A DNA stretch of 64,000 nucleotides, taken from NCBI GenBank assembly GCA_964016885.1, contig OZ024754.1, positions 34,906,001 to 34,970,000 of the forward strand, in the 5' to 3' direction. The position numbers and the translations under genes were made by a program. Source of the DNA: Eledone cirrhosa. Its lineage: Eukaryota. Positions 1-12,744 of the stretch are shown in pieces. The notes beneath the pieces are model-generated. The model was not told the origin of the DNA and ran no database searches. It saw only the letters and a list, made by a program, of their open reading frames with translations. The stretch's first letter is position 1. The number at the start of each line of letters is the position of its first letter.

Positions 1-3000
1 GTGTATATAGAAAGAAACTAAAGAATGTTGATGAAGTGTATATAGAAAGAAACTAAAGAATGTAGATGAAGTGTATATAGAAAGAAACTAAAGAATGTAG
101 ATGAAGTGTATACAGAAAGAAACTAAAGAATGTTGATGAAGTGTATACAGAAACAAACTAAAGAATGTAGATGAAGTGTATATAGAAAGAAACTAAAGAA
201 TGTTGATGAAGTGTATATAGAATTAAACTAAAGAATGTTGATGAAGTGTATATAGAAAGAAACTAAAGAATGTAGATGAAGTGTATACAGAAAGAAACTA
301 AAGAATGTTGATGAAGTGTATATAGAAAGAAACTAAAGAATGTTGATGAAGTGTATACAGAAAGAAACTAAAGAATGTAGATGAAGTGTATATAGAAAGA
401 AACTAAAGAATGTAGATGTAGTGTATATAGAAAGAAACTAAAGAATGTAGATGAAGTGTATATAGAAAGAAACTAAAGAATGTAGATGTAGTGTATATAG
501 AAAGAAACTAAAGAATGTTGATGAAGTGTATATAGAAGGAAACTAAAGAATGTTGATGAAGTGTATATAGAAAGAAACTAAAGAATGTAGATGAAGTGTA
601 TACAGAAAGAAACTAAAGAATGTAGATGAAGTGTATACAGAAAGAAACTAAAGAATGTTGATGAAGTGTATACAGAAAGAAACTAAAGAATGTTGATGAA
701 GTGTATACAGAAAGAAACTAAAGAATGTTGATGAAGTGTATACAGAAAGAAACTAAAGAATGTAGATGAAGTGTATACAGAAAGAAATTAAAGAATGTAG
801 ATGAAGTGTATACAGAAAGAAACTAAAGAATGTAGATGAAGTGTATACAGAAAGAAACTAAAGAATGTAGATGAAGCGTATACAGAAAGAAACTAAAGAA
901 TGTTGATGAAGTGTATACAGAATGAAACTAAAGAATGTTGATGAAGTGTATATAGAAAGAAACTAAAGAATGTTGATGAAGTGTATATAGAAAGAAACTA
1001 AAGAATGTAGATGAAGTGTATACAGAAAGAAACTAAAGAATGTTGATGAAGTGTATATAGAAAGAAACTAAATAATGTTGATGAAGTGTATACAGAAAGA
1101 AACTAAAGAATGTTGATGAAGTGTATACAGAAAGAAACTAAAGAATGTAGATGAAGTGTATACAGAAAGAAACTAAAGAATGTTGATGAAGTGTATACAG
1201 AAAGAAACTAAAGAATGTTGATGAAGTGTATACAGAAAGAAACTAAAGAATGTAGATGAAGTGTATATAGAAAGAAACTAAAGAATGTTGATGAAGTGTA
1301 TATAGAAAGAAACTAAAGAATGTTGATGAAGTGTATATAGAAAGAAACTAAAGAATGTAGATGAAGTGTAAATAGAAAGAAACTAAAGAATGTAGATGAA
1401 GTGTATACAGAAAGAAACTAAAGAATGTTGATGAAGTGTATATAGAAAGAAACTAAAGAATGTAGATGAAGTGTATATAGAAAGAAACTAAAGAATGTTG
1501 ATGAAGTGTATATAGAAAGAAACTAAAGAATGTTGATGAAGTGTATATAGAAAAAAACTAAAGAATGTAGATGAAGTGTATATAGAAAGAAACTAAAGAA
1601 TGTAGATGAAGTGTATACAGAAAGAAACTAAAGAATGTAGATGAAGTGTATATAGAAAGAAACTAAAGAATGTAGATGTAGTGTATATAGAAAGAAACTA
1701 AAGAATGTTGATGAAGTGTATACAGAAAGAAACTAAAGAATGTAGATGAAGTGTATATAGAAAGAAACTAAAGAATGTAGATGAAGTGTATACAGAAAGA
1801 AACTAAAGAATGTAGATGAAGTGTATATAGAAAGAAACTAAAGAATGTTGATGAAGTGTATATAGAAAGAAACTAAAGAATGTAGATGAAGTGTATATAG
1901 AAAGAAACTAAAGAATGTAGATGTAGTGTATATAGAAAGAAACTAAAGAATGTTGATGAAGTGTATATAGAAAGAAACTAAAGAATGTAGATGAAGTGTA
2001 TATAGAAAGAAACTAAAGAATGTAGATGAAGTGTATACAGAATGAAACTAAAGAATGTAGATGAAGTGTATACAGAAAGAAACTAAAGAATGTTGATGAA
2101 GTGTATATAGAAAGAAACTAAAGAATGTTGATGAAGTGTATACAGAAAGAAACTAAGGAATGTAGATGAAGTGTATATAGAAAGAAACTAAAGAATGTAG
2201 ATGTAGTGTATATTGAAAGAAACTAAAGAATGTAGATGAAGTGTATATAGAAAGAAACTAAAGAATGTAGATGTAGTGTATATAGAAAGAAACTAAAGAA
2301 TGTTGATGAAGTGTATATAGAAAGAAACTAAAGAATGTTGATGAAGTGTATATAGAAAGAAACTAAAGAATGTAGATGAAGTGTATACAGAAAGAAACTA
2401 AAGAATGTAGGTGAAGTGTATACAGAAAGAAACTAAAGAATGTTGATGAAGTGTATACAGAAAGAAACTAAAGAATGTAGATGAAGTGTATACAGAAAGA
2501 AACTAAAGAATGTTGATGAAGTGTATACAGAAAGAAACTAAAGAATGTTGATGAAGTGTATACAGAAAGAAACTAAAGAATGTAGATGAAGTGTATATAG
2601 AAAGAAACTAAAGAATGTTGATGAAGTGTATATCGAAAGAAACTAAAGAATGTTGATGAAGTGTATATAGAAAGAAACTAAAGAATGTAGATGAAGTGTA
2701 AATAGAAAGAAACTAAAGAATGTAGATGAAGTGTATACAGAAAGAAACTAAAGAATGTTGATGAAGTGTATATAGAAAGAAACTAAAGAATGTAGATGAA
2801 GTGTATATAGAAAGAAACTAAAGAATGTTGATGAAGTGTATATAGAAAGAAACTAAAGAATGTTGATGAAGTGTATATAGAAAAAAACTAAAGAATGTAG
2901 ATGAAGTGTATATAGAAAGAAACTAAAGAATGTAGATGAAGTGTATACAGAAAGAAACTAAAGAATGTTGATGAAGTGTATACAGAAAGAAACTAAAGAA

Positions 3001-6000
3001 TGTAGATGAAGTGTATATAGAAAGAAACTAAAGAATGTTGATGAAGTGTATATAGAAAGAAACTAAAGAATGTTGATGAAGTGTATATAGAAAGAAACTA
3101 AAGAATGTAGATGAAGTGTATATAGAAAGAAACTAAAGAATGTAGATGAAGTGTATACAGAAAGAAACTAAAGAATGTAGATGAAGTGTATATAGAAAGA
3201 AACTAAAGAATGTAGATGAAGTGTATACAGAAAGAAACTAAAGAATGTTGATGAAGTGTATACAGAAACAAACTAAAGAATGTAGATGAAGTGTATATAG
3301 AAAGAAACTAAAGAATGTTGATGAAGTGTATATAGAATTAAACTAAAGAATGTTGATGAAGTGTATATAGAAAGAAACTAAAGAATGTAGATGAAGTGTA
3401 TATAGAAAGAAACTAAAGAATGTAGATGAAGTGTATACAGAAAGAAACTAAAGAATGTTGATGAAGTGTATACAGAAAGAAACTAAAGAATGTAGATGAA
3501 GTGTATATAGAAAGAAACTAAAGAATGTAGATGTAGTGTATATAGAAAGAAACTAAAGAATGTTGATGAAGTGTATACAGAAAGAAACTAAAGAATGTAG
3601 ATGAAGTGTATATAGAAAGAAACTAAAGAATGTAGATGAAGTGTATACAGAAAGAAACTAAAGAATGTAGATGAAGTGTATATAGAAAGAAACTAAAGAA
3701 TGTTGATGAAGTGTATATAGAAAGAAACTAAAGAATGTAGATGAAGTGTATATAGAAAGAAACTAAAGAATGTAGATGTAGTGTATATAGAAAGAAACTA
3801 AAGAATGTTGATGAAGTGTATATAGAAAGAAACTAAAGAATGTAGATGAAGTGTATATAGAAAGAAACTAAAGAATGTAGATGAAGTGTATACAGAATGA
3901 AACTAAAAATGTAGATGAAGTGTATACAGAAAGAAACTAAAGAATGTTGATGAAGTGTATATAGAAAGAAACTAAAGAATGTTGATGAAGTGTATACAGA
4001 AAGAAACTAAGGAATGTAGATGAAGTGTATATAGAAAGAAACTAAAGAATGTAGATGTAGTGTATATTGAAAGAAACTAAAGAATGTAGATGAAGTGTAT
4101 ATAGAAAGAAACTAAAGAATGTAGATGTAGTGTATATAGAAAGAAACTAAAGAATGTTGATGAAGTGTATATAGAAAGAAACTAAAGAATGTTGATGAAG
4201 TGTATATAGAAAGAAACTAAAGAATGTAGATGAAGTGTATACAGAAAGAAACTTAAGAATGTAGATGAAGTGTATACAGAAAGAAACTAAAGAATGTTGA
4301 TGAAGTGTATACAGAAAGAAACTAAAGAATGTTGATGAAGTGTATACAGAAAGAAACTAAAGAATGTTGATGAAGTGTATACAGAAAGAAACTAAAGAAT
4401 GTAGATGTAGTGTATATAGAAAGAAACTAAAGAATGTAGATGAAGTGTATACAGAATGAAACTAAAGAATGTAGATGAAGTGTATACAGAAAGAAACTAA
4501 AGAATGTTGATGAAGTGTATATAGAAAGAAACTAAAGAATGTTGATGAAGTGTATACAGAAAGAAACTAAAGAATGTAGATGAAGTGTATATAGAAGGAA
4601 ACTAAAGAATGTAGATGTAGTGTATATAGAAAGAAACTAAAGAATGTAGATGAAGTGTATATAGAAAGAAACTAAAGAATGTAGATGTAGTGTATATAGA
4701 AAGAAACTAAAGAATGTTGATGAAGTGTATATAGAAGGAAACTAAAGAATGTTGATGAAGTGTATATAGAAAGAAACTAAAGAATGTAGATGAAGTGTAT
4801 ACAGAAAGAAACTAAAGAATGTAGATGAAGTGTATACAGAAAGAAACTAAAGAATGTTGATGAAGTGTATACAGAAAGAAACTAAAGAATGTTGATGAAG
4901 TGTATACAGAAAGAAACTAAAGAATGTTGATGAAGTGTATACAGAAAGAAACTAAAGAATGTAGATGAAGTGTATATAGAAAGAAACTAAAGAATGTTGA
5001 TGAAGTGTATATAGAAAGAAACTAAAGAATGTTGATGAAGTGTATATAGAAAAAAACTAAAGAATGTAGATGAAGTGTATATAGAAAGAAACTAAAGAAT
5101 GTAGATGAAGTGTATACAGAAAGAAACTAAAGAATGTTGATGAAGTGTATACAGAAAGAAACTAAAGAATGTAGATGAAGTGTATATAGAAAGAAACTAA
5201 AGAATGTTGATGAAGTGTATATAGAAAGAAACTAAAGAATGTTGATGAAGTGTATATAGAAAGAAACTAAAGAATGTAGATGAAGTGTATATAGAAAGAA
5301 ACTAAAGAATGTAGATGAAGTGTATACAGAAAGAAACTAAAGAATGTTGATGAAGTGTATACAGAAAGAAACTAAAGAATGTAGATGAAGTGTATATAGA
5401 AAGAAACTAAAGAATGTTGATGAAGTGTATATAGAAAGAAACTAAAGAATGTAGATGAAGTGTATATAGAAAGAAACTAAAGAATGTAGATGAAGTGTAT
5501 ACAGAAAGAAACTAAAGAATGTTGATGAAGTGTATACAGAAACAAACTAAAGAATGTAGATGAAGTGTATATAGAAAGAAACTAAAGAATGTTGATGAAG
5601 TGTATATAGAATTAAACTAAAGAATGTTGATGAAGTGTATATAGAAAGAAACTAAAGAATGTAGATGAAGTGTATATAGAAAGAAACTAAAGAATGTAGA
5701 TGAAGTGTATACAGAAAGAAACTAAAGAATGTTGATGAAGTGTATACAGAAAGAAACTAAAGAATGTAGATGAAGTGTATATAGAAAGAAACTAAAGAAT
5801 GTAGATGTAGTGTATATAGAAAGAAACTAAAGAATGTTGATGAAGTGTATACAGAAAGAAACTAAAGAATGTAGATGAAGTGTATATAGAAAGAAACTAA
5901 AGAATGTAGATGAGGTGTATACAGAAAGAAACTAAAGAATGTAGATGAAGTGTATATAGAAAGAAACTAAAGAATGTTGATGAAGTGTATATAGAAAGAA

Positions 6001-9000
6001 ACTAAAGAATGTAGATGAAGTGTATATAGAAAGAAACTAATGAATGTAGATGTAGTGTATATAGAAAGAAACTAAAGGATGTTGATGAAGTGTATATAGA
6101 AAGAAACTAAAGAATGTAGATGAAGTGTATATAGAAAGAAACTAAAGAATGTAGATGAAGTGTATACAGAATGAAACTTAAGAATGTAGATGAAGTGTAT
6201 ACAGAAAGAAACTAAAGAATGTTGATGAAGTGTATATAGAAAGAAACTAAAGAATGTTGATGAAGTGTATACAGAAAGAAACTAAGGAATGTAGATGAAG
6301 TGTATATAGAAAGAAACTAAAGAATGTAGATGTAGTGTATATTGAAAGAAACTAAAGAATGTAGATGAAGTGTATATAGAAAGAAACTAAAGAATGTAGA
6401 TGTAGTGTATATAGAAAGAAACTAAAGAATGTTGATGAAGTGTATATAGAAAGAAACTAAAGAATGTTGATGAAGTGTATATAGAAAGAAACTAAAGAAT
6501 GTAGATGAAGTGTATACAGAAAGAAACTAAAGAATGTAGATGAAGTGTATACAGAAAGAAACTAAAGAATGTTGATGAAGTGTATACAGAAAGAAACTAA
6601 AGAATGTTGATGAAGTGTATACAGAAAGAAACTAAAGAATGTTGATGAAGTGTATACAGAAAGAAACTAAAGAATGTAGATGTAGTGTATATAGAAAGAA
6701 ACTGAAGAATGTAGATGAAGTGTATACAGAATGAAACTAAAGAATGTAGATGAAGTGTATACAGAAAGAAACTAAAGAATGTTGATGAAGTGTATATAGA
6801 AAGAAACTAAAGAATGTTGATGAAGTGTATACAGAAAGAAACTAAAGAATGTAGATGAAGTGTATATAGAAAGAAACTAAAGAATGTAGATGTAGTGTAT
6901 ATAGAAAGAAACTAAAGAATGTAGATGAAGTGTATATAGAAAGAAACTAAAGAATGTAGATGTAGTGTATATAGAAAGAAACTAAAGAATGTTGATGAAG
7001 TGTATATAGAAGGAAACTAAAGAATGTTGATGAAGTGTATATCGAAAGAAACTAAAGAATGTAGATGAAGTGTATACAGAAAGAAACTAAAGAATGTAGA
7101 TGAAGTGTATACAGAAAAAACTAAAGAATGTTGATGAAGTGTATACAGAAAGAAACTAAAGAATGTTGATGAATTGTATACAGAAAGAAACTAAAGAATG
7201 TTGATGAAGTGTATACAGAAAGAAACTAAAGAATGTAGATGAAGTGTATACAGAAAGAAATTAAAGAATGTAGATGAAGTGTATACAGAAAGAAACTAAA
7301 CAATGTAGATGAAGTGTATACAGAAAGAAACTAAAGAATGTAGATGAAGCGTATACAGAAAGAAACTAAAGAATGTTGATGAAGTGTATACAGAATGAAA
7401 CTAAAGAATGTTGATGAAGTGTATATAGAAAGAAACTAAAGAATGTTGATGAAGTGTATATAGAAAGAAACTAAAGAATGTAGATGAAGTGTATACAGAA
7501 AGAAACTAAAGAATGTTGATGAAGTGTATATAGAAAGAAACTAAATAATGTTGATGAAGTGTATACAGAAAGAAACTAAAGAATGTTGATGAAGTGTATA
7601 CAGAAAGAAACTAAAGAATGTAGATGAAGTGTATACAGAAAGAAACTAAAGAATGTTGATGAAGTGTATACAGAAAGAAACTAAAGAATGTTGATGAAGT
7701 GTATACAGAAAGAAACTAAAGAATGTAGATGAAGTGTATATAGAAAGAAACTAAAGAATGTTGATGAAGTGTATATAGAAAGAAACTAAAGAATGTTGAT
7801 GAAGTGTATATAGAAAGAAACTAAAGAATGTAGATGAAGTGTAAATAGAAAGAAACTAAAGAATGTAGATGAAGTGTATACAGAAAGAAACTAAAGAATG
7901 TTGATGAAGTGTATATAGAAAGAAACTAAAGAATGTAGATGAAGTGTATATAGAAAGAAACTAAAGAATGTTGATGAAGTGTATATAGAAAGAAACTAAA
8001 GAATGTTGATGAAGTGTATATAGAAAAAAACTAAAGAATGTAGATGAAGTGTATATAGAAAGAAACTAAAGAATGTAGATGAAGTGTATACAGAAAGAAA
8101 CTAAAGAATGTTGATGAAGTGTATACAGAAAGAAACTAAAGAATGTAGATGAAGTGTATATAGAAAGAAACTAAAGAATGTTGATGAAGTGTATATAGAA
8201 AGAAACTAAAGAATGTAGATGTAGTGTATATAGAAAGAAACTAAAGAATGTTGATGAAGTGTATATAGAAAGAAACTAAATAATGTTGATGAAGTGTATA
8301 CAGAAAGAAACTAAAGAATGTAGATGAAGTGTATATAGAAAGAAACTAAAGAATATTAATAAAGTGTATATAGAAAGAAACTAAAGAATGTTGATGAAGT
8401 GTATATAGAAAGAAACTAAAGAATGTAGATGAAGTGGAAATAGAAAGAAACTAAAGAATGTTGATGAAGTGTATATAGAAAGAAACTAAAGAATGTTGAT
8501 GAAGTGTATATAGAAAGAAACTAAAGAATGTAGATGAAGTGTATACAGAAAGAAACTAAAGAATGTTGATGAAGTGGAAATAGAAAGAAACTAAAGAATG
8601 TTGATGAAGTGTATATAGAAAGAAACTAAAGAATGTTGATGAAGTGTATATAGAAAGAAACTAAAGAATGTAGATGAAGTGTATACAGAAAGAAACTAAA
8701 GAATGTTGATGAAGTGTATACAGAAAGAAACTAAAGAATGTAGATGAAGTGTATATAGAAAGAAACTAAAGAATGTTGATGAAGTGTATATAGAAAGAAA
8801 CTAAAGAATGTAGATGAAGTGTATATAGAAAGAAACTAAAGAATGTAGATGAAGTGTATACAGAAAGAAACTAAAGAATGTTGATGAAGTGTATACAGAA
8901 AGAAACTAAAGAATGTAGATGAAGTGTATATAGAAAGAAACTAAAGAATGTTGATGAAGTGTATATAGAAAGAAACTAAAGAATGTAGATGAAGTGTATA

Positions 9001-10880
9001 TAGAAAGAAACTAAAGAATGTAGATGAAGTGTATACAGAAAGAAACTAAAGAATGTTGATGAAGTGTATACAGAAACAAACTAAAGAATGTAGATGAAGT
9101 GTATATAGAAAGAAACTAAAGAATGTTGATGAAGTGTATATAGAAAGAAACTAAAGAATGTAGATGAAGTGTATACAGAAAGAAACTAAAGAATGTTGAT
9201 GAAGTGTATACAGAAAGAAACTAAAGAATGTAGATGAAGTGTATATAGAAAGAAACTAAAGAATGTTGATGAAGTGTATATAGAAAGAAACTAAAGAATG
9301 TAGATGAAGTGTATATAGAAAGAAACTAAAGAATGTAGATGAAGTGTATACAGAAAGAAACTAAAGAATGTTGATGAAGTGTATACAGAAACAAACTAAA
9401 GAATGTAGATGAAGTGTATATAGAAAGAAACTAAAGAATGTTGATGAAGTGTATATAGAAAGAAACTAAAGAATGTAGATGAAGTGTATATAGAAAGAAA
9501 CTAAAGAATGTAGATGAAGTGTATACAGAAAGAAACTAAAGAATGTTGATGAAGTGTATACAGAAAGAAACTAAAGAATGTAGATGAAGTGTATATAGAA
9601 AGAAACTAAAGAATGTTGATGAAGTGTATATAGAAAGAAACTAAAGAATGTAGATGAAGTGTATATAGAAAGAAACTAAAGAATGTAGATGAAGTGTATA
9701 CAGAAAGAAACTAAAGAATGTTGATGAAGTGTATACAGAAACAAACTAAAGAATGTAGATGAAGTGTATATAGAAAGAAACTAAAGAATGTTGATGAAGT
9801 GTATATAGAATTAAACTAAAGAATGTTGATGAAGTGTATATAGAAAGAAACTAAAGAATGTAGATGAAGTGTATATAGAAAGAAACTAAAGAATGTAGAT
9901 GAAGTGTATACAGAAAGAAACTAAAGAATGTTGATGAAGTGTATACAGAAAGAAACTAAAGAATGTAGATGAAGTGTATATAGAAAGAAACTAAAGAATG
10001 TAGATGTAGTGTATATAGAAAGAAACTAAAGAATGTTGATGAAGTGTATACAGAAAGAAACTAAAGAATGTAGATGAAGTGTATATAGAAAGAAACTAAA
10101 GAATGTAGATGAAGTGTATACAGAAAGAAACTAAAGAATGTAGATGAAGTGTATATAGAAAGAAACTAAAGAATGTTGATGAAGTGTATATAGAAAGAAA
10201 CTAAAGAATGTAGATGAAGTGTATATAGAAAGAAACTAAAGAATGTAGATGTAGTGTATATAGAAAGAAACTAAAGAATGTTGATGAAGTGTATATAGAA
10301 AGAAACTAAAGAATGTAGATGAAGTGTATATAGAAAGAAACTAAAGAATGTAGATGAAGTGTATACAGAATGAAACTAAAGAATGTAGATGAAGTGTATA
10401 CAGAAAGAAACTAAAGAATGTTGATGAAGTGTATATAGAAAGAAACTAAAGAATGTTGATGAAGTGTATACAGAAAGAAACTAAGGAATGTAGATGAAGT
10501 GTATATAGAAAGAAACTAAAGAATGTAGATGTAGTGTATATTGAAAGAAACTAAAGAATGTAGATGAAGTGTATATAGAAAGAAACTAAAGAATGTAGAT
10601 GTAGTGTATATAGAAAGAAACTAAAGAATGTTGATGAAGTGTATATAGAAAGAAACTAAAGAATGTTGATGAAGTGTATATAGAAAGAAACTAAAGAATG
10701 TAGATGAAGTGTATACAGAAAGAAACTAAAGAATGTAGATGAAGTGTATACAGAAAGAAACTAAAGAATGTTGATGAAGTGTATACAGAAAGAAACTAAA
10801 GAATGTTGATGAAGTGTATACAGAAAGAAACTAAAGAATGTTGATGAAGTGTATACAGAAAGAAACTAAAGAATGTAGAT
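1..10880. repeat. Copy A of a large block duplication (offset 15,362 bp to copy B)
   Basis: Rare variants recur exactly 15,362 bp later: aggtgaa 2411/17773, atcgaa 2634/17996, G-deletion monomers (C at 3903/19265 and 7121/22483), tattaataaa 8355/23717. Confidence 0.93.
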
Positions 10881-12744
10881 GTAGTGTATATAGAAAGAAA
10901 CTAAAGAATGTAGATGAAGTGTATACAGAATGAAACTAAAGAATGTAGATGAAGTGTATACAGAAAGAAACTAAAGAATGTTGATGAAGTGTATATAGAA
11001 AGAAACTAAAGAATGTTGATGAAGTGTATACAGAAAGAAACTAAAGAATGTAGATGAAGTGTATATAGAAAGAAACTAAAGAATGTAGATGTAGTGTATA
11101 TAGAAAGAAACTAAAGAATGTAGATGAAGTGTATATAGAAAGAAACTAAAGAATGTAGATGTAGTGTATATAGAAAGAAACTAAAGAATGTTGATGAAGT
11201 GTATATAGAAGGAAACTAAAGAATGTTGATGAAGTGTATATAGAAAGAAACTAAAGAATGTAGATGAAGTGTATACAGAATAAAACTAAAGAATGTAGAT
11301 GAAGTGTATACAGAAAAAACTAAAGAATGTTGATGAAGTGTATACAGAAAGAAACTAAAGAATGTTGATGAAGTGTATACAGAAAGAAACTAAAGAATGT
11401 TGATGAAGTGTATACAGAAAGAAACTAAAGAATGTAGATGAAGTGTATACAGAAAGAAATTAAAGAATGTAGATGAAGTGTATACAGAAAGAAACTAAAG
11501 AATGTAGATGAAGTGTATACAGAAAGAAACTAAAGAATGTAGATGAAGCGTATACAGAAAGAAACTAAAGAATGTTGATGAAGTGTATACAGAATGAAAC
11601 TAAAGAATGTTGATGAAGTGTATATAGAAAGAAACTAAAGAATGTTGATGAAGTGTATATAGAAAGAAACTAAAGAATGTAGATGAAGTGTATACAGAAA
11701 GAAACTAAAGAATGTTGATGAAGTGTATATAGAAAGAAACTAAATAATGTTGATGAAGTGTATACAGAAAGAAACTAAAGAATGTTGATGAAGTGTATAC
11801 AGAAAGAAACTAAAGAATGTAGATGAAGTGTATACAGAAAGAAACTAAAGAATGTTGATGAAGTGTATACAGAAAGAAACTAAAGAATGTTGATGAAGTG
11901 TATACAGAAAGAAACTAAAGAATGTAGATGAAGTGTATATAGAAAGAAACTAAAGAATGTTGATGAAGTGTATATAGAAAGAAACTAAAGAATGTTGATG
12001 AAGTGTATATAGAAAGAAACTAAAGAATGTAGATGAAGTGTAAATAGAAAGAAACTAAAGAATGTAGATGAAGTGTATACAGAAAGAAACTAAAGAATGT
12101 TGATGAAGTGTATATAGAAAGAAACTAAAGAATGTAGATGAAGTGTATATAGAAAGAAACTAAAGAATGTTGATGAAGTGTATATAGAAAGAAACTAAAG
12201 AATGTTGATGAAGTGTATATAGAAAAAAACTAAAGAATGTAGATGAAGTGTATATAGAAAGAAACTAAAGAATGTAGATGAAGTGTATACAGAAAGAAAC
12301 TAAAGAATGTTGATGAAGTGTATACAGAAAGAAACTAAAGAATGTAGATGAAGTGTATATAGAAAGAAACTAAAGAATGTTGATGAAGTGTATATAGAAA
12401 GAAACTAAAGAATGTAGATGTAGTGTATATAGAAAGAAACTAAAGAATGTTGATGAAGTGTATATAGAAAGAAACTAAATAATGTTGATGAAGTGTATAC
12501 AGAAAGAAACTAAAGAATGTAGATGAAGTGTATATAGAAAGAAACTAAAGAATATTAATAAAGTGTATATAGAAAGAAACTAAAGAATGTTGATGAAGTG
12601 TATATAGAAAGAAACTAAAGAATGTAGATGAAGTGGAAATAGAAAGAAACTAAAGAATGTTGATGAAGTGTATATAGAAAGAAACTAAAGAATGTTGATG
12701 AAGTGTATATAGAAAGAAACTAAAGAATGTAGATGAAGTGTATA
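5215..12744. repeat. Older duplication with a 4,199-bp offset (120 monomers minus 1 bp): ~5215-8545 vs ~9415-12744
   Basis: Shared markers: aaacaaac 5543/9742, gaattaaac 5612/9811, ctaagg 6282/10481, deletion monomer 7121/11320, gaagcg 7350/11549, tattaat 8355/12554. The first copy has several private variants (gaggtg, taatgaa, aaaggat, acttaag, ctgaag, atcgaa, gaattg, aaacaat). Confidence 0.88.

Noticed and set aside
1-35. TATA-like (TATATAG) or other promoter/terminator motifs in each monomer
   Set aside because: Such motifs are expected by chance in AT-rich repeats. There is no downstream gene and no GC-rich hairpin.
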